DNA of 64,000 nucleotides from an uncultured bacterium (GCA_903828245.1 CAIKLP010000082.1:11636-75635); one strand, 5' to 3'. Shown: positions 26,646 to 37,472, counted from the stretch's first letter. Translations and numbers: made by a program. The notes: a model not told the origin generated them from the letters alone.

Positions 26646-27605
26646 ATGTACAAGTCGGAAGTAGAAGCAGTAGCAGCATTAGCGGAAAGTTATCAAGAAA
26701 TAACCAAAGAAGTTGGAAAAGTAATTGTTGGCCAAGACGAAGTGTTAAAAGCAGTCTTGATTTCTATTTTTAGCAATGGGCATTGTTTATTAGTGGGTGT
26801 GCCTGGCTTAGCGAAAACACTGTTGGTGCAAACCATTGCTCAGGTATTAGATTTAAGTTATAACAGAATTCAGTTTACACCCGACTTAATGCCATCGGAT
26901 ATTACCGGTTCAGAAATTTTGGACGAAAATAGAACTTTCAAATTTATTAAAGGTCCGATTTTTTCCAATATTATTTTAGCAGATGAAATAAACAGAACAC
27001 CACCTAAAACGCAAGCTGCATTATTAGAGTCTATGCAAGAACGCGCCGTAACTGCAGCAGGTGTTCACCATAGCTTACCTTCTCCGTTTTTTGTTTTAGC
27101 CACACAAAACCCTATAGAACAAGAAGGCACCTATCCATTACCCGAAGCACAGCTCGATCGATTTATGTTTAATGTTTGGTTGGATTATCCAAGTTTCGAA
27201 CAAGAATTAAACATAGTTAAAAATACCACGAGCAACAAGGTAGTTGATTTGAAAAAAATAATCAATGCAGCACAAATCTTATATTTTCAAAAATTAGTTA
27301 GAAGTATACCCGTAGCAGATAACGTTATTGCCTATGCAGTTTCATTAGTAGCCAAAACAAGACCTGGAAGAGCTGGTGCTAGCCCAGAGGCAGACAAATA
27401 CTTATCATGGGGCGCTGGTCCAAGAGCAAGTCAGTTTTTAGTTCTAGGAGCTAAATGTCATGCGGCCATTCATCAAAAATTTTCACCAGACATAGAAGAT
27501 GTAAAAGCAGTAGCAACCGCCGTGCTCCGTCATAGAATTGTGCGAAATTATAAAGCAGAGGCAGAGGGAATCAGTGTAGAAGCAATTATCGAAAAGCTAC
27601 TTTAA
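26646..27605 (+). CDS. MoxR-family AAA+ ATPase
   Basis: Walker A GVPGLAKT, Walker B ILADEINR, and QNPIEQEGTYPLPEAQLDRF. ATG at 26646 starts immediately after the upstream stop. Confidence 0.9.
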   Translation: MYKSEVEAVAALAESYQEITKEVGKVIVGQDEVLKAVLISIFSNGHCLLVGVPGLAKTLLVQTIAQVLDLSYNRIQFTPDLMPSDITGSEILDENRTFKFIKGPIFSNIILADEINRTPPKTQAALLESMQERAVTAAGVHHSLPSPFFVLATQNPIEQEGTYPLPEAQLDRFMFNVWLDYPSFEQELNIVKNTTSNKVVDLKKIINAAQILYFQKLVRSIPVADNVIAYAVSLVAKTRPGRAGASPEADKYLSWGAGPRASQFLVLGAKCHAAIHQKFSPDIEDVKAVATAVLRHRIVRNYKAEAEGISVEAIIEKLL

Positions 27606-28966
27606 CTATTTTCCTGTTTTCTGATTCTCCATTCTTTTGGGTAGGCATTATTAATTCTATTGCCCAATAATTTTGCCCATCCTAATGCGTAATTTTTATA
27701 TTTCATTAAATGCCAACCTTTCGCATTTCCTTGCGATGGCATATCATTTTTTTGTAAATATAAAATGGCATCATCATAACTTAATTCAATACTTGGAAGT
27801 AGATCGGAGCGGTAATTGCTCATCGCCAGTGCTTGCGAGGGAATCAGCTCTTCCCGAATTAATTGCCCAATTTCAGTCCCAAATTTTTTAATATGTAATT
27901 TCGTATTTAATACGCCTAGCATTTGTGCGCTAATTTCTTTTGGAATAAAAAGCAATTGATCTTGGTGTACAATAAATTCGGGATCCTGAGCCTTCAGGTA
28001 TTGTGTGGCAATGGCTTTTGATTTTTTATCTGCGAAATTAATTTTCTTGGAAAGTCTAGGCCAATTCCCCTCCGAAAAATTACTTGATTTTCTAATTGCA
28101 GTTACAAAAAATCCTTCGCCTTTATTTTGATGAGGTAAAAATTTATAGGCATGTATATTGGCATGTTTACTAACGTAAATTTCTGGAAAAGCATTGCAAT
28201 TCATTGCCAACGATTCCCATTCGCCACTCGTAATAAGTGGTAAAATTTGCAGTTCGTCTTCTTCTTCAGAAAAAGTACAAGTGCTATAAATCAGTATTCC
28301 TCCGGGCTTCACTAATTTTGTCGCTTCTTCTAGGATTCTTTGCTGTCTTGCGCTACAGAGTTTTACATTCCCTTCATTCCACTCCAATCTAGCTGCAGGA
28401 TCTTTCCTAAACATGCCTTCGCCAGAACAAGGGGCGTCTATTACGACTACATCAAAACAATTTTCGAAATCGGTAAAATGAGCTGGGTCGTTATTGCAAA
28501 CAATCACATTTGCATTTCCCCAACGCGTACAATTTTCGGCTAATATATTTGCGCGTTGTGCAATTGTTTCGTTGGCAATTAAAAAACTATCAGCAGAAAT
28601 TAAAGATAAAATATGGGTACTTTTTCCGCCTGGGGCTGCACATAAATCCAATACCTTTAGGGCCTTGTTGGTATCAATATGTTGCTTAAATATTTCTGCA
28701 ATAAACATAGAGCTTGCTTCTTGAACATAATATGCGCCCGCATGAAAGAGCGGGTCAAAAGTAAAAGAAGGCCGCTCTGCTAAAAAGAAAGCCTTATCGG
28801 CCCAAGATATAGGACTAGTATTGTCAAAAGGATTTGCGTCGCATTTACTCAGGTTTAGCCTAATTGAAGTATAGGTGGCAGAATCTAATGCAGTGATTAT
28901 TGCACTTGCTTGGTCTGCAAACTGTTGTTCTATTTTTTTAATAAAATCTGCTGGGAGCATGGTCAT
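27602..28966 (-). CDS. RsmB/RsmF (NOP2/Sun)-family rRNA cytosine-C5 methyltransferase
   Basis: SAM motif DLCAAPGGKS and catalytic cysteines in DAPCSGEGMFRK and YSTCT. Confidence 0.85.
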   Translation of the reverse strand: MTMLPADFIKKIEQQFADQASAIITALDSATYTSIRLNLSKCDANPFDNTSPISWADKAFFLAERPSFTFDPLFHAGAYYVQEASSMFIAEIFKQHIDTNKALKVLDLCAAPGGKSTHILSLISADSFLIANETIAQRANILAENCTRWGNANVIVCNNDPAHFTDFENCFDVVVIDAPCSGEGMFRKDPAARLEWNEGNVKLCSARQQRILEEATKLVKPGGILIYSTCTFSEEEDELQILPLITSGEWESLAMNCNAFPEIYVSKHANIHAYKFLPHQNKGEGFFVTAIRKSSNFSEGNWPRLSKKINFADKKSKAIATQYLKAQDPEFIVHQDQLLFIPKEISAQMLGVLNTKLHIKKFGTEIGQLIREELIPSQALAMSNYRSDLLPSIELSYDDAILYLQKNDMPSQGNAKGWHLMKYKNYALGWAKLLGNRINNAYPKEWRIRKQENS

Positions 28967-29061
28967 TATGCTAATTTAAAAATAATTCGATTGTAACAGT
29001 AATTTTAGCACAAAGCTTATTTTTTCTTAAAATTACTTTAATTATTTTTTTAATTTGCAAG

Positions 29062-31143
29062 ATGATCAGTAAATCTATGAAGTTATTTAGCATTACCAGT
29101 GTATTGGCTATTCTGAGCCTAACCGCATTTTCTTATTGCGCACCAGATACTACTATTAAAGTTTTATATCCAGACGAAAAACAAATAGAAGTTAGCAGAC
29201 AAGTGGTAAGCTTAATTGCAAATTACAATTATAAACAAGTGCCGATCGGCGATTCTTTATCAAGATTAATTTTTGATAATTATTTAAAATCTTTAGATGA
29301 TAACCGTGTTTATTTTTTCGAAAAAGAGGTGATCGAATTTAAAGAAAACAGAGATTTAATGGATGACCAAATGGTGATGGGTAATTTAGAGCCCGCATAC
29401 CATATGTTTAATGTTTACTTAGAAAGGTATGTCGATAGAATCCGTTTCATGATTGCGCAATTGCCAAGTGTTGCTTTCGATTTTACAAATAACGAATCTT
29501 TAGTGTACAATAGAGAAAAACTACCATTCATGCAAACCCAAGCAGAGATGGATGTCTATTGGTTGCAAAGGTTAAAATATGATTTACTGAATTTAAAATT
29601 AGCGGGTACAGACGAAGCGAAAAGTAAAGAGACATTAAAAAAACGATACGAAAATTTACTTTCTCAAATTGCTAAGATAGAGAGTTATGATGCTTTCCAA
29701 TCTTTAATGACCGCCTATACCGAATCTATAGATCCACACACAAATTATTTCAATCCAAATAATGCTGCAAAATTTAACATTGATATGGCAAGATCTTTGG
29801 AAGGCATAGGAGCTACCTTAAAGTTTGAAAACGATTTTGTGATGGTTGCTGCTGTTGTGCCAGGAGGCCCTGCAGATAAATCTGGGCAAATTGCGATTGA
29901 CGATAAATTTATTGCAGTAGCACAAGGAGATGGAGAGTTTGTAGACATTGTAGGCTGGAGATTAGATAACGCAATTCAATTAATTAGAGGGGCTAAAGGA
30001 ACAACAGTTAGGCTAAAAATTGTTTCAAAAGGACAAGACATTGCAAGTCCAAAAATTATTTCCATTGTTAGAGAAAAAATTGTTTTGCAAGATCAATCTG
30101 TTAAAAAAGATATTAAAACCATTCAATCAAATGGAAAAGAAATAAAAATTGGCATCATTGATATTCCTGCATTTTATGCAGATTTTAAAGCATATCAAGC
30201 GGGCGATTTAAATTACAAAAGCACTACCCGAGATGTTAAACTAATTATTGATTCTTTAAAAACAGCAAAAGTAGATGCCATTGTGGTAGACCTAAGAAGT
30301 AATGGTGGCGGCTCTTTGATGGAAGCCATTGATTTAACGGGATTATTTTTAAAGCAAGGTCCGGTTGTACAAGTGCGCGACACCAAAAATAAAATTGAAG
30401 TAGGCGAAGACGATGATCCAAGTATTTTATGGGATGGTCCAATGGCCGTATTAATAGATCGATTTAGCGCATCTGCATCCGAAATTTTTGCAGCTGCTAT
30501 TCAAGATTATGGTAGAGGAATTATTATTGGCACACAAAGTTATGGTAAAGGCACCGTACAAAATTCGATCGATTTAGATCAAATGATGGGTGAAGGAACT
30601 TCTAAAGTAATTGGGAATACCAATAAATTCGGGCAAATAAATTTAACAATTGCCAAGTTTTATCGCATCAATGGAAGTTCTACTCAGCACAAAGGCGTGA
30701 GCCCCGATATTGCCTTTCCAATGGTTTTTGCTGCCGATAAATATGGCGAAAGTGCGGAACCTGCTGCTTTACCCTGGGATGAAATTAAGCGAAGTAATTA
30801 CAAAACTTTAGCAAACATTGCGCCTGTTAAAAGAGTATTAGTAGAAAAGCATGATAAAAGAATGAAAGGAAGTAAAGATTTCGAACATTTATTAGCAGAT
30901 ATAAAAGAGTTGAAAGTGCGAGATGCGGAAACTACTGCAACATTAAATGAAGCGATAGCCAAAAAAGAAAGAGACGAAAAAGAAGCGGAAAGTTTGGCAA
31001 GAGATAACGAAAAAAGAATGGCAAGAGGACTTGCCCCAATGAAGAAAGGCGATCCTAAACCTAAAGCCGTGAAAGCTTTTGATTTTATGCTCGAAGAGTC
31101 TTGTATAATTGTTGGCGATTTTGTACAAGCAATTCAAAAATAA
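29062..31143 (+). CDS. Carboxy-terminal (tail-specific) processing protease, family S41
   Basis: PDZ-like segment (GIGATLKFENDFVMVAAVVPGGPADKSG) and the S41 catalytic region RFSASASEIFAAAIQDY...GKGTVQ. Confidence 0.9.
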   Translation: MISKSMKLFSITSVLAILSLTAFSYCAPDTTIKVLYPDEKQIEVSRQVVSLIANYNYKQVPIGDSLSRLIFDNYLKSLDDNRVYFFEKEVIEFKENRDLMDDQMVMGNLEPAYHMFNVYLERYVDRIRFMIAQLPSVAFDFTNNESLVYNREKLPFMQTQAEMDVYWLQRLKYDLLNLKLAGTDEAKSKETLKKRYENLLSQIAKIESYDAFQSLMTAYTESIDPHTNYFNPNNAAKFNIDMARSLEGIGATLKFENDFVMVAAVVPGGPADKSGQIAIDDKFIAVAQGDGEFVDIVGWRLDNAIQLIRGAKGTTVRLKIVSKGQDIASPKIISIVREKIVLQDQSVKKDIKTIQSNGKEIKIGIIDIPAFYADFKAYQAGDLNYKSTTRDVKLIIDSLKTAKVDAIVVDLRSNGGGSLMEAIDLTGLFLKQGPVVQVRDTKNKIEVGEDDDPSILWDGPMAVLIDRFSASASEIFAAAIQDYGRGIIIGTQSYGKGTVQNSIDLDQMMGEGTSKVIGNTNKFGQINLTIAKFYRINGSSTQHKGVSPDIAFPMVFAADKYGESAEPAALPWDEIKRSNYKTLANIAPVKRVLVEKHDKRMKGSKDFEHLLADIKELKVRDAETTATLNEAIAKKERDEKEAESLARDNEKRMARGLAPMKKGDPKPKAVKAFDFMLEESCIIVGDFVQAIQK

Positions 31144-31146
31144 TTT

Positions 31147-33123
31147 TTAATAATTTAAAAGTGCACTGAGTTTTTCTGCAATTCTTGCTTTTGCTAAAAA
31201 ATTATCTTCTAATCCTTTATCCATTGGAATGGCCGTGTCTAGGCTTGCACAGCGAACCACTGGTGCATCTAAAAAGCTAAAACAATGTTCTGCTATATGA
31301 GCCGCAAGTTCTGCGCCAAATCCATTCGTTAAAGTATCTTCGTGTAAAATAAATGCACGACCCGTTTTTCGAACAGAATGTTCGACGGCATTTTTATCCC
31401 AAGGTTGCAAACTCCTCAGGTCAATTAAATCTGCATCGATGTTTGTGTTTTCATTTAGATAGTCTAAAGCCCAATGTACACCTAAGCCATAGGTAATGAT
31501 CGAAACTTTATTACCCGATTTAATTAATTTTGCTTCTCCAATGGTGGTGGTATAATAGTCATCTAAAATTTCTTCCGAAATGCCACGGTATAAAAATTTA
31601 TGTTCAAAAAACATGACGGGGTTTGGATCTTCTATGGCGCTAGCGAGCAAGCCTTTTGCATCGGATGGAAAGGCAGGGTAAACAACTTTTAATCCTGGTG
31701 TTTTGGTAAACCAAGCTTCGTTGCTTTGCGAATGGAATGGACCAGCACCAGTGCCCGCACCTGTTGGCATACGAACAACTACATCAACGGCTTGGCCCCA
31801 TCTGTAATAAGTTTTCGCAAGGTTATTGATAATTTGATTGAAACCAACCGTAGCAAAATCTGCGAATTGCATTTCCATAATTGCTTTGTGGTGATTAATG
31901 GCCAAACCCATTGCAGCGCCTACAATGGCAGATTCGCAAAGTGGTGTATTGCGTACTCTTTCTTTTCCAAACTCTTCCACAAAGCCTTCGGTAATTTTAA
32001 ACGCTCCGCCATATTCTGCCACGTCTTGCCCCATGATAATTAAATTCGAATGTTTGCGCATGGCTTGTTTCATGGCATCCGAAATAGCGTCTAAAAATCT
32101 TTTGTTTGTTTTGTTCTCTGTTGTCGCAACAATCTGTTCGGCAGCTGGGGCATACATGTCCTGCAATTCAGTTTCGGAAGATATGGTAACCGATGGATCG
32201 TTGAATGCTTGAATAACAGCGGCATCAATTTCTTCTTTAAATTTCAACTTTAAATTTGAAATAAATGTTTCGTCAATTATTTTTTCTGATAAAAGAAATT
32301 GTTCATAGTTTTCCACCGGATCTTTTGCTTCCCAAAATTCCAATAAATCTTTAGGCACATATTTTATACCCGAAGCTTCTTCGTGGCCGCGCATCCTAAA
32401 AGTTTTACATTCAATTAATATGGGTCGCGGATGCGCGCTAATATCATCTGCGTATTTTTTGAGGGTGTGGTAAACCTCTAAAATATTATTGCCATCAATT
32501 TGAATCGCTTCTATGCCATAACCTATTCCTTTGTCGGCAAGATTTTCGCATTTATATTGTTCCGATACTGGAGTAGAAAGACCATAACCATTATTTTCAA
32601 TCACAAAAATAACGGGTAAATTCCAAACCGCTGCTACATTAAGTGCTTCATGAAAATCGCCTTCACTTGTTGCGCCGTCGCCAGTAAATACAAGCGTGGC
32701 TTTTGCGGTATTCGTTAATTTATCTGCAAGCGCAATACCGTCTGCTAAGGCCAATTGTGGGCCCAAGTGAGAAATCATGCCAATAATTTTGTAATCTTGT
32801 GTGCCAAAATGAAAAGAACGATCACGACCTTTTGTAAAGCCAGTCGATTTACCTTGAAACTGTGCAATTAATTTGGCAAGAGGAATATTTCTTGAGGTAA
32901 ATACACCAAGGTTTCGGTGCATAGGTAAAATATAAGATGATGAATCTAAAGCCATGGTTGATCCTACAGATATGGCTTCTTGGCCAATACCCGAAAACCA
33001 TTTGCCAATTTTGCCTTGCCTAAGTAAAATCAACATTTTTTCTTCGATCATTCTTGGCTTTAAAATTTGCTGATAAAGCGCAATTAATAATTCATCGGAA
33101 CAGTTCTTGCGTTCGAATTTCAT
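31147..33123 (-). CDS. 2-oxoacid dehydrogenase E1 component, fused alpha/beta subunits
   Basis: 658 aa. The N-half has the ThDP-binding E1-alpha motif (GDGATSEGDFHEALN...NNGYG). The C-half is E1-beta-like (IIMGQDVAEYGGAFK...). Confidence 0.9.
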   Translation of the reverse strand: MKFERKNCSDELLIALYQQILKPRMIEEKMLILLRQGKIGKWFSGIGQEAISVGSTMALDSSSYILPMHRNLGVFTSRNIPLAKLIAQFQGKSTGFTKGRDRSFHFGTQDYKIIGMISHLGPQLALADGIALADKLTNTAKATLVFTGDGATSEGDFHEALNVAAVWNLPVIFVIENNGYGLSTPVSEQYKCENLADKGIGYGIEAIQIDGNNILEVYHTLKKYADDISAHPRPILIECKTFRMRGHEEASGIKYVPKDLLEFWEAKDPVENYEQFLLSEKIIDETFISNLKLKFKEEIDAAVIQAFNDPSVTISSETELQDMYAPAAEQIVATTENKTNKRFLDAISDAMKQAMRKHSNLIIMGQDVAEYGGAFKITEGFVEEFGKERVRNTPLCESAIVGAAMGLAINHHKAIMEMQFADFATVGFNQIINNLAKTYYRWGQAVDVVVRMPTGAGTGAGPFHSQSNEAWFTKTPGLKVVYPAFPSDAKGLLASAIEDPNPVMFFEHKFLYRGISEEILDDYYTTTIGEAKLIKSGNKVSIITYGLGVHWALDYLNENTNIDADLIDLRSLQPWDKNAVEHSVRKTGRAFILHEDTLTNGFGAELAAHIAEHCFSFLDAPVVRCASLDTAIPMDKGLEDNFLAKARIAEKLSALLNY

Positions 33124-33141
33124 GTTAAGCCTAATTTAATT

Positions 33142-34530
33142 TTATTTTTTCTTTGGATTTGTTTTAGCTCTCCAAAGTTGTGCAAATGATTGCTCTTCAA
33201 AAAGGGGTAATGCTCTTCTCTTGCCCCAAGATTGTGCAAATAATTTACGCACAAAATAACTTTTCCATTTACCCGTAAATAGATCAATTAATTTTCGGTG
33301 CAACATAGATTGCTTCCAAAAAAACCAAGCCATTTTTTCGGATTTTGGGTAGAGATGCTGTGCTACAGCATCTCTTCTATTATACAATAACACTTTGTGG
33401 ATATCAATTTTTACTGGACACACATCAGAACAATTACCACATAAAGTAGAGGCATAGCTCAAATGCTTAAATTCTTCCATTCCTTTTAGGTGTGGAGTGA
33501 TGATACTACCAATGGGGCCACTGTAAGTAGTGTCGTAGCTGTGACCACCAATATTTTTATATACTGGACAAGCGTTTAAACATGCGCCACATCGAATGCA
33601 ATACAAGGCTTGGCGTTGGTCTTTTTGTGCTAATAAATTACTGCGACCATTATCTAGTAGTACCACATACATTTCTTCTGGGCCATCGCTTTCTCCTAAT
33701 TTTTTTGGCCCATTTAAAATAGAATTGTAAACGGTCATTAGTTGCCCAGTGCCTCGGGTGCTTAATAGTGGCCAAAATAAATCTAAATCTTTGATAGAGG
33801 GAATAATTTTTTCTATACCAACAACCGCAATATGTACTTTTGGAAAAGTGGTACTTAGTCTGGCATTTCCCTCGTTTTCAGTGATGGAAATACTACCCGT
33901 ATCGGCAATTAAAAAGTTTGCTCCGGTTATGCCGGCTGTTGCAGTGGTATATTTTTCGCGAAGTAATTCTCTTGCTTTGAGTGTGAGTGCTTCGGGGCTT
34001 GCATCTAAAGGAGTACCGAATTTTTCGTGAAAGAGTTTTGCAATATCTTCTTTAGATAAGTGCATCGCTGGAGTGACAATGTGGTAAGGCTTTTGGCCAA
34101 GTAATTGTACAATATATTCTCCTAAGTCGGTTTCTATCGAATCTATTTGTTGTGCTGCTAGAAATTCATTCAACTCAATTTCTTCGCAAGCCATCGACTT
34201 CGATTTGACCAACATTTTTGTTTCGTGCTTTTTAAGAATGGCAAGAATTTCTTTTTGCGCTTCTTCCACTGTGTTTGCCCAAATTACCTTTCCGCCTTTT
34301 CTGATAAAATTGCTTTCAAACTCTAATAGATAGCGATCAAGGTTTTCAATTGTTTTCCATTTAATAAGATGCGCTTTTTTACGAGCAGCTTCTAGGTTAG
34401 CAAATTGAGGAAGGCCTTTAGCAACAGCAACATCATATTTGCCAATATTGAATTTAATTTTTTGTCGATGCGACACATCAAAAGATTTCTCTTCTGTTTT
34501 TGATTGAAATTGTGATGCAGTCGTGCTCAT
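33142..34530 (-). CDS. LutB-like iron-sulfur lactate-utilisation protein (LUD domain + 2x[4Fe-4S])
   Basis: CIRCGACLNACPVY and CGNCSDVCPVKI ferredoxin-type clusters after a LUD-type domain. Confidence 0.85.
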   Translation of the reverse strand: MSTTASQFQSKTEEKSFDVSHRQKIKFNIGKYDVAVAKGLPQFANLEAARKKAHLIKWKTIENLDRYLLEFESNFIRKGGKVIWANTVEEAQKEILAILKKHETKMLVKSKSMACEEIELNEFLAAQQIDSIETDLGEYIVQLLGQKPYHIVTPAMHLSKEDIAKLFHEKFGTPLDASPEALTLKARELLREKYTTATAGITGANFLIADTGSISITENEGNARLSTTFPKVHIAVVGIEKIIPSIKDLDLFWPLLSTRGTGQLMTVYNSILNGPKKLGESDGPEEMYVVLLDNGRSNLLAQKDQRQALYCIRCGACLNACPVYKNIGGHSYDTTYSGPIGSIITPHLKGMEEFKHLSYASTLCGNCSDVCPVKIDIHKVLLYNRRDAVAQHLYPKSEKMAWFFWKQSMLHRKLIDLFTGKWKSYFVRKLFAQSWGKRRALPLFEEQSFAQLWRAKTNPKKK

Positions 34531-34549
34531 TATAAATTATATATAATAT

Positions 34550-36151
34550 TTAGCGGTTATTTTCAAAATCGTTTGTCTTGTCTTTTCTTAAAGGTTCTGC
34601 GCGATTGGCAATCTCCCATGCAGTATAAAAAACAAGTTTCGTTCTATTGCTAAGCATCGGAAAATTTATTTTCGATATTTCGTCTGTTGCTTTATGATAG
34701 TCATCGTGTACGCCATTAAAGTAAAAAATAATCGGAATGTTGTATTTCGCAAAATTATAATGATCGCTTCTATAGTAAAACCTATTGGGATCGCTTGGGC
34801 TATTGAATGTATAATCTAAATTCATGTGGGTATAAGCACTATTCATTTTTTCATTTATTTCATGTAAATCCGAACTAATCTTATCCGAACCAATTACATA
34901 AATATAATTAGAATCATTTTTGTGTGCCTCATCTACCCTACCAATCATATCGATGTTTAAATCGCAAATAGAATTCTTAATCTCAAAGCTTGGGTTCGAT
35001 GTATAGTATTGAGAACCCAATAAGCCTTTCTCCTCTCCAGTTACGGTCATAAAAACAATACTTCTTTTCGGACCTTGACCTTGCGCTCTTGCTAAAGCAA
35101 AGGCTTCTGCAATTTCAATTACGCCAACTGTTCCAGATCCGTCATCATCTGCGCCATTGTATACTTCGTTATCTATTACACCAATGTGGTCGTAATGCGC
35201 TGTGATATAAACATATTCCTCGGGGTACTCTGATCCAGGGATATAACCAATCACATTTTCGGTGCTCGTTTTCTCTTCCAGATAATCAATATTTGCAGTA
35301 ATTGTACTTTTAAGCACGAAAGGATCAATACTTCTGCGCTTACTGTATTTTTTTCTAAGATTGTCTATATTTTTATTATTTGGCATAAGCAATGCTCTTG
35401 CCACATTGTCGTTGATAGTTATGACAGGGAAAGCTTGCATTACTTTTTCTTTGCTTAAATCTCCTGGTCCTTTTGTATAGTTTTCCTCCAATTGCATACT
35501 TGGCGTTTCCATTTGGTGTTTATAGCTTTTCGCAAACTTTGCGTATTCGGCATCGACAATTAAAATTAGTTTTGGCTTTAGTTTTTGAATAGCAGCAATT
35601 TTTTTGTTTTTATTAGACCAATCACTTTTTTCTTTACTATTACTGAGCAGGTAAAGGCCCTTTTTATTTTTAGGTTCTCCAGCTAAAATCACGACCACTT
35701 TTCCTTCAATATTAAAAGTTTTGAAGTCATTTCTAATTTTATCTATAATTCCATAGCCAGCAAAAACAATTTCGTTGCTTTGAAAATTTACATTGCCAAT
35801 ATTTTTTGCGCAGAAAAAATCATCGCCAAAATTAAATACTTGTTGGTTAACAATCAATTTTTTAGCAGCCAATGTTTTTTTAACCAAGTCGAAAGTTTGA
35901 AAAAAATTATCGTTCCCCGCTGGTTTTAATTGCAGCCTTTCAAATTCTTTGGCAATATAAATTGCAGCAGCTTTTTGTCCTTTTTGTCCGGTTTCTCTTC
36001 CTTGATAATCGTCAGAAGCCAATACCGAAAGGTGTTTGTATAAATCTTCTACGCTTATACTTTCTCCAAATTCAGCTGGGCTAATGGGTTTCTGTGCAAA
36101 AGCGATGCTGCTCATGCTAAAGGCAATGCCTATGAAAATACTTTTTTTCAT
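34550..36151 (-). CDS. M28-family aminopeptidase with PA domain
   Basis: Signal peptide and zinc ligand segments ITAHYDHIG, GADDDGSGT and FMTVTGEEKGLLGS. Confidence 0.85.
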   Translation of the reverse strand: MKKSIFIGIAFSMSSIAFAQKPISPAEFGESISVEDLYKHLSVLASDDYQGRETGQKGQKAAAIYIAKEFERLQLKPAGNDNFFQTFDLVKKTLAAKKLIVNQQVFNFGDDFFCAKNIGNVNFQSNEIVFAGYGIIDKIRNDFKTFNIEGKVVVILAGEPKNKKGLYLLSNSKEKSDWSNKNKKIAAIQKLKPKLILIVDAEYAKFAKSYKHQMETPSMQLEENYTKGPGDLSKEKVMQAFPVITINDNVARALLMPNNKNIDNLRKKYSKRRSIDPFVLKSTITANIDYLEEKTSTENVIGYIPGSEYPEEYVYITAHYDHIGVIDNEVYNGADDDGSGTVGVIEIAEAFALARAQGQGPKRSIVFMTVTGEEKGLLGSQYYTSNPSFEIKNSICDLNIDMIGRVDEAHKNDSNYIYVIGSDKISSDLHEINEKMNSAYTHMNLDYTFNSPSDPNRFYYRSDHYNFAKYNIPIIFYFNGVHDDYHKATDEISKINFPMLSNRTKLVFYTAWEIANRAEPLRKDKTNDFENNR

Positions 36152-36169
36152 TTGATTGATACGAATGGA

Positions 36170-36598
36170 TTAGCAATTAATTTTATTTACTCTATTGGCA
36201 TGTCTACCGCCTTCAAAAGCAGTATTTATAAATAAGGCTGTAATTTCTTTTGCTTGTGCAATGCTTACAAAACGCGCTGGAATACATAATATATTAGCGT
36301 CGTTATGCGAACGTGCAAGACTTGCTAATGGACTATCCCAGCAAATAGCCGCTCTAATATCTTTGTGTTTATTGGCGGTAATGGCAACTCCGTTGGCGCT
36401 TCCGCAAATAAGAATCCCCATTTCAAACGCTTTCTCAACAATTGCATTTGCTACAGGATGCACAAAGTCGGGATAGTCTACCGAGTCTAAATTATATGGA
36501 CCAAAGTCTTTTACTTCGTGACCATCTGCTGTTAGCATTTCAATTAACACTTCTTTGTATTCGAAACCAGCGTGGTCTCCTCCAATGGCTATTTTCAT
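36170..36598 (-). CDS. rpiB: Ribose-5-phosphate isomerase B
   Basis: MKIAIGGDHAGFEYK...ILICGSANGVAITANK is the typical RpiB/LacAB sequence. Confidence 0.92.
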   Translation of the reverse strand: MKIAIGGDHAGFEYKEVLIEMLTADGHEVKDFGPYNLDSVDYPDFVHPVANAIVEKAFEMGILICGSANGVAITANKHKDIRAAICWDSPLASLARSHNDANILCIPARFVSIAQAKEITALFINTAFEGGRHANRVNKINC

Positions 36599-36599
36599 A

Positions 36600-37463
36600 T
36601 TAGTTGTTTTGATAAAATAAATCGTCTGCTATTTTTTTTCTTTTTGCTACACGAGCCGAAACAAAGATGCTGATCTCGTACAAAAAGTATAGGGGGGTTG
36701 CCACTAGTAACAAAGTTGGCGCATCTGGCGTGGGGGTAATAAATGCCGCAATTAAAATAATTAAAAAGAAAGCAATTCTTCTGTTGCTACGCATAAACTT
36801 TGGCGTCATGATACCAATCTTTGATAAGAAATAAATCACAATGGGCAATTCAAAAACCAAGCCGGTTGCCATGGTAAGTATTGCAACCGTTGAAAGGTAG
36901 CTATCTAAGGTAATTTGGTTTATAATTTCTGAACTAATTTCGTAGCTCCCTAAAAAGTTAATAGACATTGGCGTAATAATAAAATAGCCAAATAAAATGC
37001 CTGTTAAAAATAAAAAAGAGCCGTAAAAAATTAAACCGCTTGCGTTCTTTCTTTCTTTCTTGCTCAAGCCTGGTTTGATAAAATTCCAAAGCTCAAAAAG
37101 TAAATAAGGAAAGCCCATAATAAAGCCGGCATAAAATGCGGCAGTTAAATGTAAATTAAATTGTCCAGCCATCGTATTATTCATGATGGTGAAATTTATT
37201 TTATCGATGCATAATCCAGCATCTAAATCATAATAATTTGATAGTTCACATAATTTTCTATAGGTCCAAAAATCAGTTTTCTTTGGTCCGAATATAATGA
37301 CATCGAATAAAATATCTTTATACATAAAAGCGGTTAGCGCCAATGTAATGATTACTGCCGATGACCTCACTAAATGCCAGCGCAATGCTTCTAGATGATC
37401 TACGAAAGACATCTCTGCATTTGGATTAGTTGCGCTGCGTAATTTTTTTAAAAAGTCGGACAT
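36600..37463 (-). CDS. tatC: Twin-arginine translocase subunit TatC
   Basis: MSFVDHLEALRWHL N-terminus and six TM segments. I prefer ATG at 37463; the TTG at 37475 sits inside the -7 box at 37473-37480. Confidence 0.9.
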   Translation of the reverse strand: MSDFLKKLRSATNPNAEMSFVDHLEALRWHLVRSSAVIITLALTAFMYKDILFDVIIFGPKKTDFWTYRKLCELSNYYDLDAGLCIDKINFTIMNNTMAGQFNLHLTAAFYAGFIMGFPYLLFELWNFIKPGLSKKERKNASGLIFYGSFLFLTGILFGYFIITPMSINFLGSYEISSEIINQITLDSYLSTVAILTMATGLVFELPIVIYFLSKIGIMTPKFMRSNRRIAFFLIILIAAFITPTPDAPTLLLVATPLYFLYEISIFVSARVAKRKKIADDLFYQNN

Positions 37464-37472
37464 ATAGAGTAT

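Noticed and set aside
31726-32212. Two overlapping ~105-aa plus-strand ORFs inside the E1 alpha/beta gene
   Set aside because: They are antisense to a full-length, motif-rich dehydrogenase gene and their sequences are low-complexity or odd. They are typical shadow ORFs.
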